From assembly GCA_947487055.1 (NCBI GenBank), contig CANKVN010000002.1, positions 820 to 64,819 of the forward strand: DNA of 64,000 nt, written 5' to 3'. The first letter of the stretch is position 1. Every line of letters starts with the position of its first letter. The position numbers were made by a program, and so were the translations under genes. Under the pieces are notes generated by a model. The model made no database searches. It worked only from the letters and a program-made list of their open reading frames with translations, and was not told the origin of the DNA. This document shows positions 37,960 through 47,864 of the stretch, piece after piece. Source of the stretch: Flavobacteriales bacterium. GTDB lineage: Bacteria > Bacteroidota > Bacteroidia > NS11-12g > UBA955.

Positions 37960-40433
37960 AAACTGCCGCGTATGGTTCTGCGAACGTTGTCGCAACCTAT
38001 CCAAGTAGCCAAGTATACATAAGCCCCTTCAGGCGCTGCAACACCATTAAAATTGCCATCCCAGTTAACATCCGGCGTCGTGAGTTCAACAAGTTTCTCT
38101 CCCCAACGGTTGTAGAGTTTCACGTTGTAGAGTGAACCCATTTTCGGAAACTTATTCAGCGGATACAAATCATTAATGCCATTACCATCAGGGGTAAATG
38201 CGTTGGGCATAAACAACATGGAAGGATATAAATCACCGCGCTTGTTAATGGTAACGGTATCGCTGCCGTAACAGCCATTCTTGTCTTTCACCTTCACCCA
38301 AAAAGTGCCCGGATCAATTGCCTTATAGGAAAGACCGTTAGTTCCATCCTGCCACTGGTATTTCTCCATGCCGGGCAAGGCATTGAGAACAGGATGCACA
38401 GACAAACACACAACAGTATCGTTACCCAGATTGATTCTGGGATTGGGAAATAACCGTACCTGTATCGAATCAGATTCCGGACATCCATATCGGTTGATGA
38501 CTGATATGATAAGTTTACCTGGTTCCTTTAACCGGTAGGAATTCCCTACTATTTCATTGTTCCAGGTTACAGACTGAAAATCGTTTCTTGGGGCAGTAAT
38601 TAACGTATCAATCCGCTCACAGAAACGCATATCAGGGCCCAAATCCAATGTTGATGGAAAATTGGCGAGGTTGAATGTATCCCAGGTGCTGCACAATCCG
38701 CGGGTTACACGGACAATATAAATTCCGGGGACAGTTATGATGGTAGAAGCGCCCGTTTCCCCATTGCTCCAGCGCGTGGCTGTCGCGGTGGGATTTTGGT
38801 TATCAAAACGGACAGGTACACCCGGACATACAATGGTATCTCGCAGGGAAATAACCACCGGCGAATACCGATTAATGTATGCCGTATCTATGGAGACACA
38901 GCCATTCACAGTGGTTCCGGTAACCACATAAATCCCCGATTGGGTAACTGTGATATTCGATGTGGTTGCGCCCGTGTTCCAGCGGTATTGTTTCAAACCC
39001 GGTGTGGCTTTTAAATCGCGCGAAAATTGTTCGTCGCTGCAATACAAGGTATCACCGGAAATCTGCACCTTGGTTCTGTCTACGGACAAAACAATACTAT
39101 CGCGCCATTTGCAGGTACTTTTTGTTAACTCTATCCAGTACAGACCAGGCTGGGTAAGCGTGATGGATTTGGTTGTTTGTCCTGTATTCCACAAATAAGC
39201 ATCGCCTGTGGTACTGGTCCCAACAACCAGGGAAGTTTTTTCGCAAATTGTGGTATCCTTCTGAAGTTTTGGAATTTCAGGCTTCAATACCTCCAGCTCT
39301 GCAAGGAAAGTGTCTGAACAGGTTTTTTTCCAGGCAATAAGCTTAACCTTATACTTGCCGGCTGCCGGAAATGTAAAGGATGGCTGAAATTGGTTGGAAG
39401 TATCGGTATTGGTCCCTGCCACGCCAAAATCCCAGTGATATCGCTGCCCGCCTGTACTCTGGTTCCTGAATTGGTAGGTATAGCCACAGACAACGGTGGG
39501 AGCAAAATAGGAAGCCACCACATCTATCACACAGGCCTGAACATTGAATTGATAATCCCGTCTTGTTTGTGAAATCAGTACCCCTTTTCGGTATTCCTTC
39601 ACAATAATTCCAACCACAAATTGCCCTGTGAGGGTTGGTATTAGGGTTAATTTGCCTGTTTTGGAATCGATGGCCAAAGCCGGATTCCCATTGATGGGAT
39701 TGGTTTCTGAATATCCACCACTCCAGGTAATTTGCGAAAAAGGTGGATTTTCCAGTGTGCCATTAAATCTATTATCGGGCCTTGGTTGCGAAGTGGTCCC
39801 GCCGGTAAATGGCCAGAACAATTCATAGACGAGGCTATCTCCGTCTGCGTCGGTGGCGCTGTGGTCAAAATTAAGCGGTGTATTGGTGCACAGAAAATTG
39901 GGAGGCAGCTCTTTGAACACAGCGCTGTTATTTTCCTTCTTATCCGGATTGGTTCTTGAATCCGGAATGGCTGTCCAGTAATTGGCTCCGGTAATGTCAG
40001 GGCGGTTGAGGTTGGAAATGGAGTTGTTGCGGCAACAGCGCTGAAACGAAACAATGTATCCGCCAGTTCTTGGTGCCAAGGTCATGGTGGTTTCATACCA
40101 GTAATGATCTACGCAGGCATTTGGAGCGATGGCGATGCAATTGTAATTTGTTTTTTGAATCCTTGACGGCCCGCTTCGGGACACCTCTACCGGGTAGCCA
40201 CTGATGATACGCTTTGTATTTCCATCCCAAACACCTATCCAGGCCGTAGCGTCGCTGGAAATAGCCTGCGGATTTCCATTCAAACAATCAATGTAGAGAT
40301 CCAGCCTTATACGGTATTGGTTTGAGCCCAGGTATTTATAGGTCATTTCACCACCCACAATATGGGTAGCATTTGCCATGTTTAACAACAACAGCAAAAA
40401 CGCAGCAGACAATATGCGCAACCAAATACCCAT
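37944..40433 (-). CDS. T9SS type B sorting domain (gliding motility-associated C-terminal domain, CHU_C) cell-surface protein, 829 aa
   Basis: Signal peptide. Multiple Ig/PKD-like repeats. C-terminal CHU_C (MPNAFTPDGNGINDLYP...YNRWGEKLV...WDGNFNGVAAPEGAYVY). Confidence 0.8.
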   Translation of the reverse strand: MGIWLRILSAAFLLLLLNMANATHIVGGEMTYKYLGSNQYRIRLDLYIDCLNGNPQAISSDATAWIGVWDGNTKRIISGYPVEVSRSGPSRIQKTNYNCIAIAPNACVDHYWYETTMTLAPRTGGYIVSFQRCCRNNSISNLNRPDITGANYWTAIPDSRTNPDKKENNSAVFKELPPNFLCTNTPLNFDHSATDADGDSLVYELFWPFTGGTTSQPRPDNRFNGTLENPPFSQITWSGGYSETNPINGNPALAIDSKTGKLTLIPTLTGQFVVGIIVKEYRKGVLISQTRRDYQFNVQACVIDVVASYFAPTVVCGYTYQFRNQSTGGQRYHWDFGVAGTNTDTSNQFQPSFTFPAAGKYKVKLIAWKKTCSDTFLAELEVLKPEIPKLQKDTTICEKTSLVVGTSTTGDAYLWNTGQTTKSITLTQPGLYWIELTKSTCKWRDSIVLSVDRTKVQISGDTLYCSDEQFSRDLKATPGLKQYRWNTGATTSNITVTQSGIYVVTGTTVNGCVSIDTAYINRYSPVVISLRDTIVCPGVPVRFDNQNPTATATRWSNGETGASTIITVPGIYIVRVTRGLCSTWDTFNLANFPSTLDLGPDMRFCERIDTLITAPRNDFQSVTWNNEIVGNSYRLKEPGKLIISVINRYGCPESDSIQVRLFPNPRINLGNDTVVCLSVHPVLNALPGMEKYQWQDGTNGLSYKAIDPGTFWVKVKDKNGCYGSDTVTINKRGDLYPSMLFMPNAFTPDGNGINDLYPLNKFPKMGSLYNVKLYNRWGEKLVELTTPDVNWDGNFNGVAAPEGAYVYLATWIGCDNVRRTIRGSFHLLR

Positions 40434-40607
40434 TAGCCTTTAATTCAAAGTTACATAAAAAGTGTCGAGGATCACCCATTCGGGAAGGAAATTCTGTCGT
40501 AAGCAATCCTTGTTGCGATGGTTAACAAGTAAAAACCAATATTGTTTTGCAATGCCGTTATTTATTGATAAATTTTGGGTCTATTTTTTGTCAATTTATT
40601 TATCATT

Positions 40608-41774
40608 ATGAAGCACATTGCCCACATGGACTTAGACAGTTTTTTTGTTAGCGTAGAGCGCTTGCGCAACAGTGCGCTGGACAGCATTCCGCTCATTATC
40701 GGAGGCACCGGGGACCGCGGGGTGGTGGCAAGCTGCAGTTACGAGGCGAGGGCGTTCGGGGTTCGCAGCGCAATGCCCATAAAAATGGCAAAGCAACTTT
40801 GTCCGGAAGCCATGGTTATTCGGGGTGACCACGAATTATACAGCCACTATTCGCGCATGGTAACGGATATTGTGGCCGAAAGTGTTCCGGTTTACGAGAA
40901 AAGCAGCATTGATGAATTTTACCTGGACCTGAGCGGCATGGATCGTTTTTTGGGCTGCTGGCAGATAACCCAGGATCTCACCCGGAAAATAAAACGCGAA
41001 ACTGGCCTTCCCATTTCCTATGGATTAAGCGCCAATAAAACGGTGAGCAAAATAGCCACCAACGAAGCAAAGCCGGCGGGTGCCAAACAAATCATGCACG
41101 GCAATGAGAAACCTTTCCTGGCCCCATTGAGCGTACGCAAAATACCGGGCGTGGGTCAGGAAACCTACAAAACCTTGCGCGGGCTGGGCATTCAGCGGAT
41201 TGAAACGGTGCAGGCAATGCCCATGGAACTGATGGAGAAAACGCTGGGAAAAGCGGGAACTGACATATGGAAAAAAAGCCAGGGTATAGACAACAATCCG
41301 GTGGAGCCTTACCGGGAGAGAAAAAGCATCAGCACGGAACAAACCTTCGAACAGGACACCATCGACATCATCATGCTGGAAAACCTGATTATAGGCATGA
41401 CAGAGAACCTTGCCTACCAGCTTCGCAAACAACAAAAAGTTACCGGTTGCGTAGCCGTAAAAATACGCTACAGCGACTTCAACACCTTTACCCAGCAATT
41501 GCGCATTCCCTACACCAGCGCAGACCACACACTCATAGCGCAAACCCGAGCTTTGTTCAAGAAGCTGTATAACAGACGGCTGCTGGTTCGCCTCATTGGG
41601 GTGCGCTTTAGCGAACTGGTCACCGGTACCTTGCAAATAAACCTGTTTGACCATACCGAAGAAATGATTAATCTCTATCAGGCTATGGACAAAATACGCA
41701 ATCGGTATGGAGAAAACTCGGTAAAAAGGGCTATTTCGAACAGCTACAATCATCCCGCGGAGAAGAAAAAATAA
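40608..41774 (+). CDS. dinB: DNA polymerase IV
   Basis: Y-family motifs MDLDSFFVSVE, SIDEFYLDL. 389 aa from the ATG at 40608. Confidence 0.9.
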   Translation: MKHIAHMDLDSFFVSVERLRNSALDSIPLIIGGTGDRGVVASCSYEARAFGVRSAMPIKMAKQLCPEAMVIRGDHELYSHYSRMVTDIVAESVPVYEKSSIDEFYLDLSGMDRFLGCWQITQDLTRKIKRETGLPISYGLSANKTVSKIATNEAKPAGAKQIMHGNEKPFLAPLSVRKIPGVGQETYKTLRGLGIQRIETVQAMPMELMEKTLGKAGTDIWKKSQGIDNNPVEPYRERKSISTEQTFEQDTIDIIMLENLIIGMTENLAYQLRKQQKVTGCVAVKIRYSDFNTFTQQLRIPYTSADHTLIAQTRALFKKLYNRRLLVRLIGVRFSELVTGTLQINLFDHTEEMINLYQAMDKIRNRYGENSVKRAISNSYNHPAEKKK

Positions 41775-41781
41775 CCGAAAT

Positions 41782-42678
41782 TTGAATAACAGGCCCATGA
41801 AAGCAATAACTTTAAAAGGCGACTTGTTTAATCAACTATTGGATATCGCGCAGATAATAGTCGGCATATTTTCTGCAGCATTTGGATCCAAGGCCTTTTT
41901 ATTGCCCAACGAATTTATTGATGGAGGCGCTACAGGCTTATCCCTGCTCAGTTCTGCCATCAGCGGCGCTCCATTTCACATACTCATCATTGCAATCAAC
42001 ATTCCATTCGTTATCATGGGGCTTAAAACACTGGGAAAAACTTTTGCGCTGAAAACGACAATTGCGGTTTTGGGTCTTTCTGTAATACTGGCCTGGGTGG
42101 AGTTTCCCGTAGTTACCCACGACAAACTGCTGGTAGCAGCATTTGGAGGATTCTTTCTGGGAGCAGGAATAGGCCTAGCGGTAAGGGGTGGATGTGTGAT
42201 TGACGGCATTGAAATTCTGGCCATTTATTTGAGTAAAAAAACAAGCTTAACCATTCGGGATGTAATCCTTTTCATCAATATGGTCATTTTTGCTTCGGCC
42301 GCTTATTTCCTGGGCACAGAAAGGGCTATGTATTCCATGATTACCTACCTGGCGGCCTCCAAAACCCTGGATTTTATTATTGAAGGAATCGAAGAATATG
42401 TAGGGGTAACGATTGTTTCATCCAAAGGCGAGCAAATTCAAACAATGATCAGCAATAAAATGGGCAGGGGCGTAACCATATACAATGGCAAAAAAGGATA
42501 TGGGAAACGGGGAGAAACCAATGAAATAGACATACTTTATACGGTTATCACGCGCCTTGAAATCAACAAATTAAAACGTGAACTGGACAAAATAGAACCC
42601 AACGCATTTGTTGTTATGCACAGCGTTAAAGAAACCAAAGGAGGCATCATTAAGCAAAGGCCACTGCAACAGGAATAA
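41782..42678 (+). CDS. YitT-family membrane protein (DUF161 + DUF2179)
   Basis: Five TM then a C-terminal DUF2179-like soluble domain. 298 aa. Confidence 0.75.
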   Translation: MNNRPMKAITLKGDLFNQLLDIAQIIVGIFSAAFGSKAFLLPNEFIDGGATGLSLLSSAISGAPFHILIIAINIPFVIMGLKTLGKTFALKTTIAVLGLSVILAWVEFPVVTHDKLLVAAFGGFFLGAGIGLAVRGGCVIDGIEILAIYLSKKTSLTIRDVILFINMVIFASAAYFLGTERAMYSMITYLAASKTLDFIIEGIEEYVGVTIVSSKGEQIQTMISNKMGRGVTIYNGKKGYGKRGETNEIDILYTVITRLEINKLKRELDKIEPNAFVVMHSVKETKGGIIKQRPLQQE

Positions 42679-42711
42679 TTTAAAAAATCACAGTACCTTT
42701 GTAAAAATGCC

Positions 42712-43743
42712 ATGAGGATAAAGGCTTTATTGTTGTTTCTAAGCACATACGGACTTGCCGCTGTTGCACAAACCCCATCCCTTATTATTTGCAAAGGATC
42801 GGGAGTAAACTACCGTGAGTTCAATACCGGCAGTAGCCTACCCTCAGTTAGCTGGAAATGGTCCTTTCAGGGCGGAACCCCAAGCAAATCCTCCCTCAGG
42901 GAACCATCTGTTTCTTATCCGGATACCGGTTTATTTTTAACCTCCTGCGAAAGCACGTTTTCCGATTCCAGCAAGAATACCCAAACCATTTGGGTATTGG
43001 TCATCGAAAGCACATTTGAACCCATCCCCCTGCGTGATACAGCATTTTGCGGCAGCGCCATCAGCCTGAGTTTGAATGCGGGCAACAATTTCCGTGGGGC
43101 AAAATACCACTGGACAAGCCCGGATGTTAACCTGACAGCCACCGACACCAATAGCCGCTTGTATAAATCCACCCAGCCGGGAACCTATTCCGTAAAAGTA
43201 TATTCACAGTGCGGCAGCATTAGCAAAACCATTGTTATAAAACGAGGCACCCAGCCCGCTGTGGATTTGGGCAAAGACCGGTTTGTATGCCGCAATGCCA
43301 ATGTACTGCTGGATGCCGGCACAGGAGCGGGGTTCACCTACCTTTGGCAGCCCGGCGGTGAAACCACACAGACCATTCTGGCCAATATTGCAGGCGACTT
43401 CAGTGTTACGGTTACCAGCGCCGAAGGCTGTAAAAAAACAGATGCTATTTCGCTTATAGACAGCTGTCCGCCAGTATTTTATATTCCCAATGCTTTCACT
43501 CCAAACGATGCAGCCCCAAACGATGTTTTCTTGCCGTACATGGAAGGGTTTACCAAATTCTCCATGCTCATTCTCAACCGCTGGGGGCAAGTTGTTTTTA
43601 AAACAACCGACATGAAAACAGGATGGGATGGCAAATACATGGGAAAGCCCGTCCCTGAAGGGGTTTATGCCTGCAGAATTGAATTAATGGGGACCGACAA
43701 GCTGCGCCGTATCGAGAACACCAACATTACCTTGCTCCGGTAA
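42712..43743 (+). CDS. gliding motility-associated C-terminal domain (CHU_C / T9SS type B) protein
   Basis: Signal peptide. C-terminal IPNAFTPNDAAPNDVF...LNRWGQVVF...WDGKYMGKPVPEGVYACRI. Confidence 0.8.
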   Translation: MRIKALLLFLSTYGLAAVAQTPSLIICKGSGVNYREFNTGSSLPSVSWKWSFQGGTPSKSSLREPSVSYPDTGLFLTSCESTFSDSSKNTQTIWVLVIESTFEPIPLRDTAFCGSAISLSLNAGNNFRGAKYHWTSPDVNLTATDTNSRLYKSTQPGTYSVKVYSQCGSISKTIVIKRGTQPAVDLGKDRFVCRNANVLLDAGTGAGFTYLWQPGGETTQTILANIAGDFSVTVTSAEGCKKTDAISLIDSCPPVFYIPNAFTPNDAAPNDVFLPYMEGFTKFSMLILNRWGQVVFKTTDMKTGWDGKYMGKPVPEGVYACRIELMGTDKLRRIENTNITLLR

Positions 43744-43779
43744 TTTCACCATCACACATATTTTCGCTTATTTTGCCAT

Positions 43780-44190
43780 ATGGCAGGATTTGAAACCATT
43801 TACACCGGGGAGTTAAGAACCCAAAACACACATCTACAAAGTGGAAACTCCATTATAACAGATGCACCAACCGACAATCAGGGCAAAGGCGAAGCCTTTT
43901 CTCCCACCGATTTGTGTGCACTAAGCCTGGCAAACTGTATCATTACCACCATGGGCATCTATGCCCAAAACCATGGCTATCATATAGAAGGAACTAAGGC
44001 GCTCACAACCAAACACATGGCCAACGACCCCAGGCGAATTTCAAGAATTGAAATAGCATTGACCATCTACCTAAAAGAAAGTGATGATGAGCACGCCAAA
44101 GAAGGCCTGTTGCGCATTGTTAAAAGCTGTCCTGTGGCCAGAAGCCTGCATCCCGACATTCATCAGGATGTGACGGTACATTTTGCCTAA
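43780..44190 (+). CDS. OsmC/Ohr-family protein
   Basis: Paired Cys (LCALSLANC...KSCPV) in an OsmC fold. 136 aa. Confidence 0.8.
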   Translation: MAGFETIYTGELRTQNTHLQSGNSIITDAPTDNQGKGEAFSPTDLCALSLANCIITTMGIYAQNHGYHIEGTKALTTKHMANDPRRISRIEIALTIYLKESDDEHAKEGLLRIVKSCPVARSLHPDIHQDVTVHFA

Positions 44191-44196
44191 AGCAGA

Positions 44197-45321
44197 TTAC
44201 AAATTCCCGCGAATGCCTTGTTCGCGCTCAATGCTTTCAAACAAAGCCTTAAAATTGCCTTTGCCGAAACTTTTTGCTCCCCTGCGCTGAATGATTTCAT
44301 AGAACAGGGTTGGCCTGTCCTCTACCGGCTTGGTAAAGATCTGCAGGAGATAACCATCGGCATCCCTATCGATGAGGATGTTCAGTTTTTTCAGTTCATC
44401 CAGATTTTCCTCGATATGGCCAACACGCTGCGGAATATCTTCGTAATACGTTTCCGGTACGTATAAAAATTCTATTCCCCTGCGGCGCAATTCGCCAACG
44501 GTCTCAATGATATTGTCGGTTTCTATGGCAATGTGCTGAACACCTGCACCGTGGTAGAAATCGAGGTACTCTTCTATCTGGGATTTTTTTCTTCCTTCCG
44601 CTGGCTCATTGATTGGAAACTTAATGTAACCATTGCCATTGCTCACAACCTTGCTCATCAATGCACTGTATTCTGTGCTGATATCTTCATCATCGAAGGT
44701 GATAAGCAGTTTAAAACCCATCACATCTTCGTAATACTTAACCCACTGGTTCATGGCGCCCAATTCTACATTTCCAACACAGTGGTCAACGTATTTCAGG
44801 CCTACTGACTTAACCTCCATGGCATTATCAACCGCTTTAAAGCCAGGCAAAAACGCTCCACTATAGTTGTTGCGTTGCACAAATTTGTGCACGGTATCGC
44901 CATAAGTATGGATGGCACTGATAATAACCCAACCATTTTCATCTTCGAAACGGGTTGGCTCCATATAAGGTTTAGCACCCCTTTTTACGGTTTCTTCGAA
45001 ACTTTTTGTGGCATCATCCACCAAAATACTTAAAAATTTAACGCCATCGCCATGCTTGGCCTGGTGCCGGGTAATTTCGCTATCGGGCAGAATAGATGTG
45101 GTTAGCACCAGCCTAACCTTATTTTGCTGCAGCACATAGCTGGCGCGGTCGCGAACGCCAGTTTCCGGGCCTGCATATGCCACGAGCTTATAGCCCCAGG
45201 CATGCTGGTAGTAATATGCACTTTGTTTTGCATTGCCTACATAAAACTCGATGTGGTCTGTACCGTTAAGTGGTAAAAAATCCTGTGTGGTTTGTGTTTC
45301 GGTCAATTCCAAGGTTTCCAT
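44197..45321 (-). CDS. hppD: 4-hydroxyphenylpyruvate dioxygenase
   Basis: Two VOC-fold modules. Fe ligands HIAIETDNI..., EFLYVP, YLLQIFTKPVEDRPTLFYEIIQRRG signature. 374 aa. Confidence 0.9.
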   Translation of the reverse strand: METLELTETQTTQDFLPLNGTDHIEFYVGNAKQSAYYYQHAWGYKLVAYAGPETGVRDRASYVLQQNKVRLVLTTSILPDSEITRHQAKHGDGVKFLSILVDDATKSFEETVKRGAKPYMEPTRFEDENGWVIISAIHTYGDTVHKFVQRNNYSGAFLPGFKAVDNAMEVKSVGLKYVDHCVGNVELGAMNQWVKYYEDVMGFKLLITFDDEDISTEYSALMSKVVSNGNGYIKFPINEPAEGRKKSQIEEYLDFYHGAGVQHIAIETDNIIETVGELRRRGIEFLYVPETYYEDIPQRVGHIEENLDELKKLNILIDRDADGYLLQIFTKPVEDRPTLFYEIIQRRGAKSFGKGNFKALFESIEREQGIRGNL

Positions 45322-45370
45322 TCGACTTCAAAATAACAACAAAAACTCCATTTACACCAATTTCAATCTA

Positions 45371-47827
45371 TCAGGCAGGGTCGACATCAAAATCGAAGAG
45401 CACACCTTTAAACATTGGATTCACGGTCAACTTCATTGAAGCGTTCCAAAGCAGGGCTTTTACCTTGTCCAGATCATCGCGTTTTTTATCCAGCTTGATG
45501 AGCATTTGCTGCAAATAATAATTGCGCACCCGGGAAATGGCGGGAGCCTGTGGCCCGATAAGGCGGTCTTGTAAAACCGATGAAACCATCACTGCAAAAG
45601 ATTTAGAAGCTTCTTCCGCTATACGGGCATCTTTGTGCTTCACCATCACCTTTATCAATCTGTTAAACGGTGGATAATGATATTCTTTTCGCAATTGGAT
45701 TTCGTCTGCAGCCAAACCCATGTAATCGTCTGTAAACACAGCCTGAATCACCGGGTGCCCTGTTTGCGATGTTTGAATCATCACCTGCCCTTGTTTGCTG
45801 CCGCGCCCCGACCTTCCTGCAACCTGAAACAGCTGCTGAAAAGCCCGTTCATGGGTGCGAAAATCCGGAATATTCAACAGCATATCGGCATCAGGGACGG
45901 CCACCAAGCCTACATGCTGAAAATCGAGTCCCTTGCTTAGCAATTGGGTACCCACAAGGATATCAATTTCCTTGTTGGCAAATCCATTCAAAATCCGCTG
46001 AAAATCGCTGCGTTTGCGCACACTTTCCTGATCCAAACGGGCAATATTGGCCGTAGGAAAAACCAACGACAATTCCTCGGCAATGCGTTCTGTTCCAAAC
46101 CCTTTCATGGACACGGCTGTGCTTCCGCAAGCCGCACAAAGAACCATGGGATCCTGGGCATGGCCACAGTAGGTACAGCGCTGTTTTCCCAAACTTTTGT
46201 AGTAAGTGAGGGCAATATCACAATTCACACAATGGGTGGTATGACCACACATATCGCAATTGATGTAGGGAACAAATCCTTTTCTGTTTTGGTATACAAT
46301 TACCTGGCTGCCGGCTTTCAAGGTATCCTGCATCGCTTCGAGCATCTGTGTTGTAAACGGACCTTTAAGCAGTTTTTGCTTACGGGCTTCTCCGGTGTGT
46401 ACCAGCAATATTTGCGGCATTGGTGCTTCAATAAAGCGCTTGCTGAGATTGACCCTCACCCATTTATTTTCAACACACAATTGCCACAACTCATAAGAAG
46501 GGGTAGCCGTTCCTGCAAGCACCTTTCCATTGTGCATATTGGCCAGCTGAATGGTTGCATCCCGGCCGTGGTAATGGGGTCTTTTCTCGAATTGCTTAAA
46601 ACTGTTTTCGTGCTCTTCGTCAATAACCACGAGGCCTAGTTTAGAAAATGGCGCAAAAACAGCCGAGCGGGCACCTACCAGTAGTTTTATCTGGCCATTC
46701 CGAACTTTTTCATACAATTCGGTGCGTTCGTGGCCACTGTAGTAATTGTGCCAAACCCCCATTTCATCGCCAAAATAATGCGCCAGCCGCGATACCATTT
46801 GCTCGGTTAGCGCTACTTCCGGAAACAGCATCAGGGCCTGTTTACCCTGTTCCAGTACTTTTTTTATCTGTTGAATGTATACGTATGTTTTACCGCTACC
46901 GGTAACACCAAACAACAAAGCATTTTTACCCGCTTCAAAGGCTTCATCAATAAGTCCGGAGGCGATTTCCTGTTCCGCAGACAATTCCAGTTCCCTGGGC
47001 TCTGCAGCAAAACTACCCAAGCGATCTGCCTGTCGCCGTTCTTGTACAAGTAAACCCTTCTGCACAAGTGCCTTTAGGTGTGAAGCATCAATGCCATATT
47101 GCTGTGTAAGCGTTTTTTTAGGAAACGAACCTTTGCCCATGCCCAGCACAGCCATAATCGCATCGGCTTGCTTAGGAGCCCGCTTTTCAAGTTGGTTCAG
47201 GGTATCTCCTGCAAACTTCGGATCCTGCCAGTCGGCGGTCAACAGGATATAATCAACCCATTTGGGTTTATACGTTTCGCTAATTTCCTCCTTCATCACC
47301 GCAATGCCTTTTAGGTAAAGGCTTCGCACATACCGCATGATGCTTTTTTGACCGAGCAAAGCGGCAATTTCACCGGTTTTCAATTCTGCTTTTTGTTGAA
47401 GCGCTTCAACAATCTGTGATTCTTTTTCATCTAAATCAACAAGCATGGACGACTCAACCTCCGGATGCAACATCACCAGGCTTTCGCTTTGCATGCGGAA
47501 ACCTGCAGGCAGTGCTGCGGCCATTACCTCACCCGGATGACACATATAATATGCAGCAATCCATTGCCAAAATTTTAGCTGAACCGGATTAACCACCGGC
47601 TCTTCTTCCATCATTTCCAGCAAATAACTGGCAGAATAATTTTCCGGTGGCGTTTCGGTAAAATTCAGGATGATACCTGAGTAAACCTTTCGTGCCCCGA
47701 ATTGCACCACCACCCTTTGGCCAACCTGCAGCAATTCATTCCATTCATGCGGAACCCTGTAGGTGTAAGCCTTTGGAACAGGCAGCGGTAAAAGTACCTC
47801 GGCAAACAGGGTTATGCGTTCAGACAC
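45371..47827 (-). CDS. priA: primosomal protein N' (replication restart helicase PriA)
   Basis: GVTGSGKT Walker A, DEEHE, and Cys4 zinc fingers (CDMCGHTTHCVNC...CTYCGH...CAAC). 818 aa. Confidence 0.92.
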   Translation of the reverse strand: MSERITLFAEVLLPLPVPKAYTYRVPHEWNELLQVGQRVVVQFGARKVYSGIILNFTETPPENYSASYLLEMMEEEPVVNPVQLKFWQWIAAYYMCHPGEVMAAALPAGFRMQSESLVMLHPEVESSMLVDLDEKESQIVEALQQKAELKTGEIAALLGQKSIMRYVRSLYLKGIAVMKEEISETYKPKWVDYILLTADWQDPKFAGDTLNQLEKRAPKQADAIMAVLGMGKGSFPKKTLTQQYGIDASHLKALVQKGLLVQERRQADRLGSFAAEPRELELSAEQEIASGLIDEAFEAGKNALLFGVTGSGKTYVYIQQIKKVLEQGKQALMLFPEVALTEQMVSRLAHYFGDEMGVWHNYYSGHERTELYEKVRNGQIKLLVGARSAVFAPFSKLGLVVIDEEHENSFKQFEKRPHYHGRDATIQLANMHNGKVLAGTATPSYELWQLCVENKWVRVNLSKRFIEAPMPQILLVHTGEARKQKLLKGPFTTQMLEAMQDTLKAGSQVIVYQNRKGFVPYINCDMCGHTTHCVNCDIALTYYKSLGKQRCTYCGHAQDPMVLCAACGSTAVSMKGFGTERIAEELSLVFPTANIARLDQESVRKRSDFQRILNGFANKEIDILVGTQLLSKGLDFQHVGLVAVPDADMLLNIPDFRTHERAFQQLFQVAGRSGRGSKQGQVMIQTSQTGHPVIQAVFTDDYMGLAADEIQLRKEYHYPPFNRLIKVMVKHKDARIAEEASKSFAVMVSSVLQDRLIGPQAPAISRVRNYYLQQMLIKLDKKRDDLDKVKALLWNASMKLTVNPMFKGVLFDFDVDPA

Positions 47828-47864
47828 GATGCGAAGATAAACTGCTTGGGCTTGATTTTGCCCT

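Noticed and set aside
44201-44235. cgcgaa-N7-ttcgcg hairpin just after the OsmC stop considered as a terminator
   Set aside because: It falls within the C-terminal coding sequence of convergent hppD and has no T-run.
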